DNA of 63,542 bases, filler included, from Choristocarpus tenellus KU-1152 (taxonomy: Eukaryota; Protista; Phaeophyceae), in the NCBI GenBank assembly GCA_964200185.2. It is 11 parts of 11 records of this genome, joined end to end, with 100 filler letters (N's around TTAATTAATTAA, not from the genome) between each part and the next. Parts side by side here need not be neighbours in the genome. Positions count along the whole stretch, not along the records: positions 13,871 to 21,787 come from CAXNAD020005399.1; positions 21,888 to 25,186 come from CAXNAD020020944.1; 9 more parts are not named here. One strand, given 5' to 3'. The notes beneath the pieces were generated by a model. It was not told the DNA's origin and searched no databases. It was given only the letters and a program-made list of their open reading frames with translations. A program made the position numbers and the translations under genes. This document shows, one piece after another, positions 13,771-25,286 of this stretch; within the stretch, counting starts at the first letter, position 1; every line of letters starts with the position of its first letter.

Positions 13771-14355
13771 NNNNNNNNNNNNNNNNNNNNNNNNNNNNNN
13801 NNNNNNNNNNNNNNTTAATTAATTAANNNNNNNNNNNNNNNNNNNNNNNNNNNNNNNNNNNNNNNNNNNNGATGTGTACTACTACATAGTATAGATGTAG
13901 GGCGGGGGGGGGGGGGGGGGGGAAGAGGCCACCATAATTGATTACAGATGTTGTCAGAGAGAGGTCTGGAATACAGTTTTGTGTACTCTAATACTTTGGT
14001 ATATATATATATATATATATCTTTTTCAAAGAACGCCCCCCCTCCCTTGCATTTAGTCAGGTTGTAGGAATTTCTATTGTTTTTGATTGGAATTCTTGAC
14101 TTTGGATAAATCTCTGCAGTAGCGACATGAGTATACACCAACATGGCATCAACCCACATGCACTGTTTTACCACTGCCACATATGCTGTTACATTAGTCA
14201 AGAGAGGACCCTATGCACCCCCCCGATGACACAAGAAGCATGTTCAGAATGTGTGCAAAAATGTGGGTTTAATTCCCCGCACAAGACACTCTCTTCTACC
14301 CACAGGCATGACAACCCCATGCACAATGTCACCTCCATGCTCCACCCTCTTTCAG

Positions 14356-15930
14356 AAGGAGAATTTTCTCAGGACTCCCAAGACGGCCCCAGAGCTCTTG
14401 GACTGGTGCCGCATTAGGCTGGGACCAGAGTCTCTGGAATGTTGGGGAAGAAAATCTGGTACAACAGGAACCAAGTCTGGAAGTAGGATCAGAAATACTG
14501 GGACTGGGACTGCAGATGGGACTGGGGCTGAAACTGGCAACCAGACTGTGGTCCCCAACCCCGTTTCCCTTGTGTCTGCAGCAGTCCTCAGCTGGGGTTT
14601 GCCATTTCGGGCGCTTGGGATTCCTTGGAATACATCAACTGCAGCTGATGCTTTTGTGGTTTTTGGTACAAGTAGGGATGGTGAGAGATGGATGCCGTTT
14701 TTCTTTGTTTACACAGTAGAGGGAATCAGGCAGCTTAGCTCCTCCGTTATGCTGTGCTTGTTAACATCGATATGTTTTGCCCCCACAAAAAATCTTATTT
14801 TTTCATACGCACAAGGACTTATTTATTTTAACTTTTGATTGCATGGTTCTCTCATGTGTGGCAGGGGAATAGTTTTGTTGGTTATTTATCATTTTTCGGA
14901 ACTTGCTGCTGATGTGTGTGTGTGTGTGTATTGGTGTCCAACTTGTGAGCTGTTTCCATGTTCTGACTTTTGGCTGTTGTACACATACCAGGTTAAGAGT
15001 TGAAGTGCTCTTCTCCTGTATGTATAGGTTGACCATACTTTATGCCCCCTGCATACATAGGTTTTTGTGTGTAACTGAGAATTTTCTTTCAAATGTTTGG
15101 CTTCATTTTTTTCCCATTTTAGCTCTTAGAATTATTTATATTCCTTACGTAGTATTCAATATATGAAGTACACTATTGAAGGTCACAGTAGATTATCAAA
15201 CAGGTTGAGCAGTACTAAGTAATCTGATGCAGAATTTTAAAGTATGCATCATACTACAGACACTAAAATGAGATATTTTAATACTCCCCGACCATTTTAA
15301 CATTATTAGCATCCCTGTACTCCTTCTCCTCCCAACCTAGCCCCTACCCCCCACTGTCTCCCCCGCTTCCCTCCCCCTCCAGCTCCCCTCCTCTGACTTG
15401 TTTCTCCCTCATCAAGTTAGAATAGTCATAATATCCAGCTTTTTTCCAAGGAGATGGGGATAGGGATGTATGGGTGGTTGCAGCAAGGGTAAATATATTA
15501 TTTCTACTGGCACAATGTGACAAAACATTCTGCTGTCCTATTTCTGTAAATGTTGCTTTTCATAAAGTGTCCACCATCCTTAACCCTCTCCATTTTTTCT
15601 TATTTTACAAGGCATATGACTCCATCATCTAGTACTATTAATAGTAACACGTGTCACAGCACAACCACTTCCTTCCATTGATGTTCAGGTGCAGTGTGGG
15701 AGGGGGAGACACCTGCGCGACCATCCTCTGCCCTGGTTCTTTGCAGCGACATGGGTATGGGCACAGTGATTCCTCCCCGCCTTAGGGCCAGTAGTCAACT
15801 TGGCCTTGACCTACCTCCAAAATTGCCCTCTGATATCACAACTGACGATGTGGTATGGCTTAGGCAACAGTGGGGGATTGATGAGTCCATCTCTGGGCAA
15901 TGTTCAGGGTCAGGCTCAAGGTCATGGTAG
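14356..15930 (+). CDS. Last two exons of an uncharacterised protein (5' part missing)
   Basis: Exon 14356-14665 (ctttcag acceptor, G|gtac donor) and exon 15689-15930 (ttcag acceptor, TAG stop) join in phase: ...DAFVVFG-AVWEGETP...VVWLRQQWGIDE...SW*. No family recognised. Confidence 0.58.
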
Positions 15931-18074
15931 AATCAAAGCATGTGTTAGAATGAGAAGGAAGATTACGACTTCAAAGTGGCTTATTTTTTGTGTATTGAAT
16001 AGTGGACATTTTTTTATGTCACAACCAGTGGGCAAGTCGTTCCTGTTGAAGGAAGACTCCTCTACCTGCTTCCAGTGTAAACTATCTTGATCGCAACTGT
16101 AGATGAAACAATACAGAACTGCACTCGATATGTATAGTTTGCTACTTCATCTGAAGCAGAATTGTCAACACGGATCCTCCCTCACCTCCTACCCCCCTGC
16201 CCTGTCTCAGACAGTATCTGCTGAACTGACATTGTTGTGAAGCCATTGTAGTCCTTCTCGAAGTATGTTGTGTGTTTGTATCCAGCACTGAGTACTGAAC
16301 CTACTTCTATGAGCCAATAGCAGAAGGGGTGAGGGGCTATGTATGCGGGAGGAAGGGAGGCGTGGGACTATTTTTATTTTTTATGTTCTATAATGTAGTG
16401 TTCCCTGTACCACCCAAAAGTATGTCACCAACATGTTCACTGTTTTAACTCACTATTGGGATCCACACCACAAAATTTCAAAGTCCCATCGGTGCCAACA
16501 GGTGCTATAAAAAATTAGAAGGTTAGCTGCACTATAAGTATGATGCATTGTCCAATCCAATGTGGGACAACAGAAACAGTACTACATGTAGTTGGTATGC
16601 TACTGCTGTGAAACACTTGATGCTATAAATATGCTAGGGTAAAGTAGCCCACCTGGTGAGCCCCAGTCAATCGAAGTCGCCATCTGATGAGTGCATGTAT
16701 GCATATATACTTTGTATATGGGCGTGTGTTATAGTGTAAAGTAAAGCAATAATGTGTGTAAGTCACTTACTTGTGAAGCGACACCAGAGATGCATAATCC
16801 TGTGCGTACGTGACAGTTGCATTGAATAGATGTCATCTTAATTAACTCAACTTCTGTGAGTATTAGGTAGGATCGCTGTCACCTCCTGCCCCATTCTTCC
16901 ACCCTCCGCTGGATGCCCACTTTGCCTGTGCAAGTAGGAAGTAAGGTAATATAATGGCTCACTACCTTCATGTGAAGTATTCTTGAGGGTTTGGTATGGT
17001 TATCCAGGAGGGGGCGCCTTGCCTTGTTAGATTTTCTGCCGTTGGCTCGAGTGCGCAAATACTGCCAATCTGTAGTCCATCTTATTGGCAGATGTAAAGA
17101 AAAGGTGATGCGATCATTTGTGCCTAAGCATGTGTAGCCGCGGTTGTACTACCTGTAAGTATATGTCACTTTGCAATTACTCTTGTAGTTCTTGTATGAA
17201 ATATGGAGCATCAAATACAAAGTCGATCACGTTTCTTCACTTTGCATTTTCCCAAAACTAGTGCGGAGTGTTAATACTATCTTCAAATCTAAGGCGGTAA
17301 GGACGGGATTAGAGCACTGCTGCCCTACACATCTTTTACGATTAAGACTAGTGGTAGTAGTAGTAGTAGTAGTACCTCACGTTGATCAGCCAAAATTGCC
17401 TGCAACTCTTGCATGAAGGACATCGCAAGAAATCAGGCAGTTTGTTACCCTTTTTTGCTGTTTGTTTAATGGCATTGCTGTCTCATTTAGTAGTGTAAGT
17501 ATTGTAGCAGTCCCTAAAAAATAAAAATGGTGATAGGAAATATTTCTCCAGAAAGGGACAGTTACTATTTTTTTTTACTATCGCATATGCGTACCATGTA
17601 AAAACAACTAATTCCTGCCCGTCCATCTGTCTGCTTCTCTTTACGTTTCCGGTGCTGGCTGTCACATATATGTTCTACTGTATAAAACCAAGGAATTCCT
17701 GTCCGTCCATCACTCTAGTAGTCTGCAGGTTACCAGTACCGCCTCTTTTCCTCACGCTTAAGGTTGCTTGCTCACTTGCTTTTGTTTGTTCGATAAAAGA
17801 ATTCCTAGGAAATTCACCACCATAAACTCTTTGAGTCCCTCTCACTTATCATATTAAACCAAGTAATTCCTTCTCTCACAAACCTGCCAGTTCTATGGAG
17901 CTGTTTTTCCTCTTTAAAATAATTGATACCACTACCAGATCCCATCCCTGCGTAGGCTTGGCCACTCACTCAAGCATACTTCCTCTAAAACTTCAGAACC
18001 CTGAAAAATAATACTACCCCTGTTCCCTATTATAATAGAAGGCAAATACGGATGTTCAATTAATTCCTTTGGCA

Positions 18075-18500
18075 GTATTGACGAACTTTTGTTGCACCTT
18101 GTACGTAGGAGTCTTCTCATCATCAAGCAGTATTTCTGACCGTCTCTGTATGCATTTTAAATCACTTCTCATCCGCATGGATGAAGTCTTCAAGGTGGTC
18201 AAAGCTCTTCAAGACTCCACGGTCCTAGTCAACCCATCTTACTGCCCACCTTAGCCTCTCTTGCATGTCCTCGACAGTAAGGAACAGCTTGAGGTAGCTT
18301 GAGTACAACCAAAGTCCAAGTTTCTTGATATATCTATTGAACATTGTCAGCAGGATACCGAATGACGCTGCTACAGACCACTGAGTTCAATTCTTGTAGG
18401 GGATTGAATGGTGGACCTCTTGTAGCTGGTCGATGTTAATGCCCTTGTGGACAACTCTTCCCTTCCACACCAAGCCTGTGTGGGACAAATCTTCCGACAT
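18075..18500 (-). mobile_element. Decayed Tc1/mariner transposase, DD39D (plant/stramenopile mariner) type
   Basis: Manual translation YLKLFLTVEDMQERLRWAVRWVD*...FDHLEDFIHADEK*F...TPTYKVQQKFV matches the LKPxLTxxNxxxRLxW...VHIDEKWF...PxRxxxxKxFI pattern. Contains stops and frameshifts. Confidence 0.75.
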
Positions 18501-18508
18501 GAAATGAT

Positions 18509-18564
18509 GACACATCAACACACTATGACACATCAACACACTATGACACATCAACACACTATGA
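18509..18564 (+). repeat. 18-bp tandem repeat x3 (GACACATCAACACACTAT)
   Basis: Directly visible. Confidence 0.85.
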
Positions 18565-19139
18565 TTTGTACCACCTGTGCTGACAAGGGCAAATCACTGT
18601 AGAGGGATTCAAGCCAATGCGTTTGTATCAGGGAACAGTTTGTAGATACACAAATTTGTGTAGGAGAGTGATGCGTACAGATATTAGTACTCCAGGACAT
18701 GTTAGCTGTATCATGCCCTCTGACATTTTCCAGATGTGCCATACAAAAGTCAAACCAGTATCACAATGACCCCCGTAAAAACATGTGTCATGGACAGTAA
18801 GTGGTACCACCAATAATTGTACACGTGTTCGTAGATGGAAGAGTCGTACGGCAAGCACTTGTACAAATGTTGCAGAGGATGAGTCGTACCGACAAAAATT
18901 GCGCACGTTCTTAACACAGGAGTAATGGTACCGATGCGTAAAACGCGACCTCTGACCACCGATAAACGGAATAGTATTACATTCGGAATAATGTACGGGT
19001 GTATGCTTGCATCTTGTAAGAGCGCTAAGGGACACCAACATGACACACTACAGAAGTTATGTTACCCAGGACCGTACTAGGGCTTCTACAACATTGTGTT
19101 AGGAGGGTGGGTGATATTATTTTACTATAATATTCAGGG

Positions 19140-19555
19140 GGGGAGGAGGCTCTATCCAACAGGTGCCCAATGCCTGGGTGCAGGAGGCAAAACGCGGACA
19201 CTAGACATGCCCGTACCTGCCATAGGTCAGGAAGACAGATCCGCCGACACACAACAATGGTGAAGCATCTGGGTCAACTCTGCAAAGGAATGGACATGCC
19301 TTACACTATGGAGGACTGTAGCCCACTTCACAGTGGACAGGAATTTCCGTTTGGATCTGGTCTTCCACGCTGGGACACTCCCAGACACCCGATCAGCCCT
19401 GTCGCGGGATAAGGGTCTCCTCCTAGATGTCACATTTGCAGAAGTGCGAGCAGCCGCCCATTTGCCACACTCATCCACCAGCAATGGTGTAGCTACTGCT
19501 GCTGCAGCTGAGGCACGAAAGCACACCCACTACAAGGGTCCTTTCGAGCCAGTGA
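19140..19555 (+). mobile_element. CRE-clade non-LTR retrotransposon 3' fragment (zinc knuckle + restriction-like endonuclease)
   Basis: RCPMPGC...HARTC...RRH, then after a frameshift RLDLVF...LLLDVTF...AEARKHTHY. Homologous to 39385-39530 (reverse). Confidence 0.8.
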
Positions 19556-19629
19556 ATGAGTCAAAGAAGAAGGCGGCAGCAATGTGCAACAACAGATGTT
19601 CCAGGTTACCTAACGTACCCTGAGCCAGG

Positions 19630-20030
19630 AATGTGAGTAGCTTCAAGCTGCAATCGTATCAACTGCACCCTACTATGGACTGCTCCAAATTCGATGAGAA
19701 TATCATTGAAGAATATCTTTCACATTTAACAGCAGATTTCAAAAATCGACACTTTATCCCAGTCAATTTGGGGTCAAGCTCCATCCTCAATTCTTGAAAT
19801 CTGCTGTTATTTACCACAACTATTACTTTTGAAAAGGTTTTGATACTTAATTGACTTTTCAGTGGCTTTCCCCCTAACACAACAATCGTATCAACTGCAC
19901 CCTCTACTATGGACTGCTCCAAATTCGATGAGAATCTCATTGAAGAATATCTTTCACATTACCACAACTGTTACTTTTGCAGGGGTTGTTCTGATACTTA
20001 ATTGGCTTTTCAATGGCTTTCCCCCTAACA
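19630..20030. repeat. Dispersed repeat with internal duplication; related copies at 28571-28630, 33170-33242, 57440-57560
   Basis: Shared ATCCCAGTCAATTTTGGGTCAAGC...AGCTCCATCCTCAATTTTTGAAATC. Internal direct duplication 19651-19725 / 19884-19960. Confidence 0.78.
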
Positions 20031-21743
20031 CACCTACAAAATGTCAAAGGGCTAAATAATAAAATATTCATAGAAGAAAAGGGAACGAAATACTGCATGA
20101 AATTGTAGCAATAACAAACTGAGATTTGAACATACGATTTTCTCTCCTATTAAATCTCAACAAAGTTTTTGTAGACAATTGTTCTTGAGTATGACATCAC
20201 ACAAACTTCAGATTCATATAGTACAAATGATTCGGATCTACAAATGAATGAGTTCACCCCTAAACTTCGATTTCTGAGGATATGTCCTAACTAGCGTAAC
20301 ATTGATTTGTCGGAATTGATTTATACGCCACAAATCGGATTTGATTTGTCCGACGTGTGATTTTATGTCCAACTGAGATGAGGCACATTCAGCGTCCGTT
20401 CATAGAGTTTGTCGACTTTTGAATATTCATTGGTGAATTCACGCTGATGAATCTAGTGACACCCTTTGCACAGTCAGAAGTTATCTGGTACAGCAATGTA
20501 GGGTATTCCTTGGTACATTCAAAGGAAGAGAGTCATGCTCTGTATAGACGCCTGTCACCTTGTGAAGGAGGGTTTGGTGGATGTCTTAACTCTGAATATA
20601 TTACATATTGTATCTAGTTGTGTGTTAGGCACACTTAGTGCAGATTGAGCAATGCGAACCAGAGAAAATAGAATGATCAACATATGATGTACAACTGAAG
20701 ATTCTGATGTGAAGATAAAATGAATAGAAGGAACGAACTTGAATCAATATCTGTGATACCTCATATGGAACATTCTATGCTTTTATTATACGTGGGAACT
20801 GTTCCATGCTTCTATGCACCATGATGTTCTAACAGCATTTGATGATGCCAAGATGAGGTGCTAATGATGTGAAGGGGTGTAACGACCAGTACCGATGTGC
20901 AAGTCAACAATCAGAGTGAATTGGTAAAGTGAATTGGTAATACTGTATGGTATCAAGAACGTAAAAAAAGATGAGTTCCGTATGTTTTTACATTTGTGAC
21001 TTCTATACAACTTCTTTTGTCAAATAGAACCAGATGTACTCCACAAACCAGCCCACATCAATTTGTTCAGGAATCCTAAGACCTGCACATGTAGCAAGAA
21101 CAAAAGTATCGAAGAGTCCTCGAATGAATAACTCCAAAACAGGAATAAGAATACAAAAACGGGAGGAGGAAGAAAGATAGTATTTTGGAAAAATGAACAG
21201 AAAAACAAAGTGTACATACATATATAAAAAAACTCCATCAATGCCCCTATATAGGAACAGTTCATAACGACGCACACACACACCCCACACGCTCATGTAC
21301 AAAAGGAAAAATAATGAACAAATACAAAGATATTTACTCCATTTGCTCGCCCCCTTAAAGGTAACCATTATTTTCAGAATTTCGTATTCTCATCTTTTCC
21401 GCAAAGGTCCACGAAGGCAAGTTTCGCCATTTCGACCTCACACGCCTTAATGTGGGCAATTAATACAAAAAAGTTTGGAACGAATCATGAAGTTGGTATT
21501 TTGAAACAAGCGACATGTTTATTGGCTTCCTTATCAAGTCAGGTATGATGATGCCGTGGCCACGCAATGCAATTGTGGAAAGAACATAACCACATACTAC
21601 GACGCCCATTAACCTAAGAAGTGTCTGCATCGAAGTTCTCAAAGCAAAAGCACACAAGAACTCCACCTTCGTCTTGTACAGCAATGTGTAGGACCGATCA
21701 AATCCACTCTCTCTCGCTGGTTCCTTCAATTCAAGAAATATTG

Positions 21744-21787
21744 GGGTCAAAGTATCTTGGGGGGGGGGTGTCGGCGTCCGTTTTTCA
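21744..21787. mobile_element. MITE subfamily B, partial, at contig end
   Basis: GGGTCAAAGTATCTT + G-tract + GTCCGTTTTTCA. Confidence 0.8.
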
Positions 21788-22689
21788 NNNNNNNNNNNNN
21801 NNNNNNNNNNNNNNNNNNNNNNNNNNNNNNNTTAATTAATTAANNNNNNNNNNNNNNNNNNNNNNNNNNNNNNNNNNNNNNNNNNNNGTTGTAGAGTGGA
21901 TGGAGGCGTTTGTTTTACCGATGGGTGCAGTACCCATTAGAAAAAAATACAAATGTAATTGTTATTTGGTTTTTTTTCTTAGTTGCTGTATTGTCGGTCG
22001 AGACACCTTGAGGGTAGAAGAAGAAATAAATCCTAATATATTTTAGTTTTTTTTTCTAGGTGCCGAAAAAAGAAAATGCTCAAAATAAAAAAAAAGAAAA
22101 TGTGTGTCGTTGGTCGGGGATATTTATTTCTTTTTTTATAGTGACATAGGTGGAGATGACCATATTTATTTATTTTTCTATTGTAGCATCATCGAAAGGG
22201 AGGAGTGTTGGCTAGTTGCATCATGCAACTATTGTGGCAGACCATGGGTTGTGCGATCCATGAAATCGGAACAGTATATTATTATTTTGTATTGTTTTCT
22301 CCTGTATTTATTTTCGTGGTGCGGTACACATTTTTTTGGTTGGTGAAGGCGAGAGGAATTTTCTGGTCTTGTCTGTGGTTTTTCCATAAAAAGGAAGTCG
22401 TGTTGTTCACATTACAATGTTTTATTTTATTTTATATTATTTTATTTTATTTTGTTGCCATAGTTTCTGCTCGGTGCACCTTGTACTTGAACACTGACGG
22501 CACATATATATATATTTATTTATTTATTTATTTATTTTACATCCTGCATTGTAGTAACTGAAAGTAGTTTATTTGGGGTTAGGGTTAGGGTTAGGGTTGG
22601 ACTTGACATTTACTTATTGTAGGCATAAGATCTACCTCATTTTAGACAAGATGAGATTATTATTAACCTTTTAATCCTCTTTTTTCGCT

Positions 22690-22965
22690 GTTCTTATTGA
22701 ATGTATTGTGTTTTTATTGAATGCATTGTGTTCTTATTAAAAGTATTATGTTCTTATTGAATGCATTGTGTTCTTATTAAAATTATGATGTTCTTATTGA
22801 ATGTATTGTGTTCTTATTTAAAGTATTATGATCTTATTGAATGTATTGTGTTCTTATTAAACTTATGTTCTTATTTAAATTATTGTGTTCTTATTAAACT
22901 TGTGTTCTTATTAAACGTATTATGTTCTTATTGAGTGCATTGTGTTCTTATTAAGAGTATTATGA
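22690..22965 (+). repeat. About 20-bp minisatellite (TGTTCTTATTGAATGTATTG-like), about 14 degenerate units
   Basis: Repeated TTCTTATT core at about 20-bp period, with no unique spacers. Confidence 0.88.
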
Positions 22966-23071
22966 TCCCAAGCTGTACTTCGACCATCTACACTTGCACT
23001 CCGTATTAACATACTTGTTTTATCAAAAAAAAATTACATCTTTTTATTTTAAAATTTTGAATGCACATCAC

Positions 23072-23357
23072 GAGTGAAAGTATCTTAGGGTTAGGGTAGG
23101 CATTTTGCCCTGTTTGCCTGGTTGGAGCTTGCCTTCCTGCGCACGGGTTTGTTTTTTGTTCCCTTTTTTCTGTGTTTTTCTGTGTGAACACAGTCTTTTA
23201 CCTAAACTGCATACAACCATGAAAAGGTGTGTCCGGAGCAAGGATACTGACAATTGCTAACAAAACACGATAGCCAAAATTACATCAAAATAGCATTGTT
23301 CGATTTGACGATCCCAAACGGATGACGCAGTCCTACCCTCTCAAATGCTTTTGAGTC
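23072..23357. mobile_element. MITE subfamily C, diverged copy abutting a splice acceptor
   Basis: Left end GAGTGAAAGTATCTTAGGG. Internal ATGAAAAGGTGTGTCCGG and AGCCAAAATTACATCA are shared with the copies at 28967 and 56246. Degenerate right TIR CTACCCTCTCAAATGCTTTTGAGTC. Confidence 0.68.
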
Positions 23358-23359
23358 AG

Positions 23360-23536
23360 GTGTCCATTCGATGTCATGGGTTCCTCTCATCCTCCCTGGA
23401 GCTGAGCCTTGTTCCCCTGGACTGGTGGACGACTGCTGTGCTCTTTGCCATGCTTGCCCCCGAGTCGGTTGTGAAGGCGTTGGGAGTGCTCATGCTAGAG
23501 AAGACACTGGTCGTGTGTGGAAGAGACCTTGGCATG
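23360..23536 (+). CDS. Internal exon of a DENN-domain protein (Rab GEF family)
   Basis: VLFAMLAPESVVKALGVLMLEKTLVVCGRDLGM matches the core DENN motif LFxxLxxxxIxxxxxxLLLExKIVxxSxxLxxL. Boundaries cag| and |gtgtgt, phase 0. Confidence 0.72.
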
Positions 23537-23727
23537 GTGTGTGTGTGTGTGTACAGTGATTGGGGTTAGGGATTTTGGTCTGGTGAGAATATTTGCATGT
23601 ACAGTGATTAGGGTTAGGGATTTGGTCTGGTGAGAATGTTTGCATGTCGTATTTTTGTGTGTGTGAGGGTTTTTGAGGGGTTTGGTACAGTGCATATGAT
23701 TATTATTATTTATGCAAGCCGTTTGTG

Positions 23728-23768
23728 TTAGGGTTAGGGAAAGGGTTAGGGTTAGGGTTAGGGTTAGG
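23728..23768 (+). repeat. Interstitial telomeric (TTAGGG)n; others at about 12893-12920, 22575-22600, 24030-24046, 24775-24855, 25120-25141, 60993-61011, 63178-63199
   Basis: Short tandem TTAGGG/CCCTAA runs visible directly. Confidence 0.85.
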
Positions 23769-24212
23769 TCGGTTCTTAATGGCAGTGGTCACGTCGAATT
23801 TTTCATCTAACAGCAGGTTGAAATTCCACTTTTTGTTCATGTTTCAGAGTAATAAAATAATATTAATAATAACTGGCTCTAATTTTGTCAATATTAAATT
23901 CTAAATACCGTGAGGCGTGTGGTTTTGGTCCTGGGGGGGGGGGGGGGGGAAGGGGGGGGGATGAGTACAGTTAACCTCTAAGTACAGTTCTTGGAGTGTG
24001 TTAGAGGTTTTTTTAGCCATGGCATGATGCTAACCCTAACCCTAACTACTGCTAGAGAGAATTTAATAGTGATAACAATTATAAGAATGGTAGTAATGCT
24101 CTAGTGTTTTACCTAAAGAACTTAGAAATAGTAGTATGATTTTGTGGGGGTAGACTATGGGAGACACGGTTCAACAGCATTATTTTGACCAATGGAAACA
24201 GCAAGAATGTTG

Positions 24213-24370
24213 TGTTGAGCCAATGGGGTACCTGCCTTCATTCTGTAAACCAATGGAATTGGTATGTACTGGGAGTGTGTTTCATGCTGAGCCAATGGGA
24301 TACCTGCCTTCATTCTGTAAACCAATGGAATTGGCATGTACTGGGAGTGTGTTTCATGTTGAGCCAATAG
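24213..24370 (+). repeat. 72-bp tandem repeat, about 2.2 units
   Basis: TGAGCCAATGGG.TACCTGCCTTCATTCTGTAAACC... repeated at a 72-bp period. Confidence 0.88.
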
Positions 24371-24454
24371 GGCACGAGGAACAATTCGCCACACTAGCTG
24401 CCCTACGTAACAATGTTTGCTTTTTGTGTTTCATTATACTGCAAGAAATGTTGA

Positions 24455-24595
24455 TTTATTAGTAAAAAATGTTAACTTAATAGTAAAGAAGGTTAACTTA
24501 GTAGTAAAAAAGGTCAATTTATTAGAAAAAAAGGTTTAACTTAGTAGTAAAGAAGGTTAACTTAGTAGCAAAAAAAGGTTAACTTGTAGGGAAAA
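24455..24595 (+). repeat. About 20-bp AT-rich minisatellite (TAGTAAAGAAGGTTAACTTAG-like)
   Basis: About 6 degenerate units visible. Confidence 0.75.
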
Positions 24596-25286
24596 AATAA
24601 TGTTTTTGCATGTGATTGGTTCAGTACCGGTGAGGGTGGGAGTTGGTATGTCTTGTAAATCTGCTTCCTAGGGTTACAGGTGGTATGATAACTGTTTAGG
24701 TCTGGCTAGGGTTAGGGCCTGCATGTGGAAAACAACATACAAGTAGTAGTAGCGGTGAAGAATGTGAGTATGGATTAGGGTTAGGGTTGAGGATGGTGGG
24801 TGTACTATAGGAGTGATGCTGTCTGAGAGGGGGTTAGGGGTAGGGTTAGGGTTAGTTATTGTGAAAGGGGCACGTGTTTTGAACACTGTGGAGAGGTCAT
24901 TCAGGTATCAGTGTGTTACATACCATTCCTAATCTTTTCTTGTACAAACACACCTTCATGCCTTCTTAAGGGGGGTTAACTGCATATCAGGCATGTTGGC
25001 ACAGTATTGTACAAGTTTCAAAATGGGGTCTCAAAACCCCCCAAAAAGAACAGAAATCACCCCCCCTCTTAGATGGTGTACCCAAAACAATAGTAATTTA
25101 GTTTGTCAAAACACTAATAGGGTCAGGGTTAGGGTTAGGGTTTTCTTACATATTTTCTTATTTTGTAACTCCCCCCTCCCCCCCCCNNNNNNNNNNNNNN
25201 NNNNNNNNNNNNNNNNNNNNNNNNNNNNNNTTAATTAATTAANNNNNNNNNNNNNNNNNNNNNNNNNNNNNNNNNNNNNNNNNNNN

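Noticed and set aside
22690-22965. Regular short repeats resembling a CRISPR array
   Set aside because: Head-to-tail degenerate units with no unique spacers, in a eukaryotic intron, with no cas genes.
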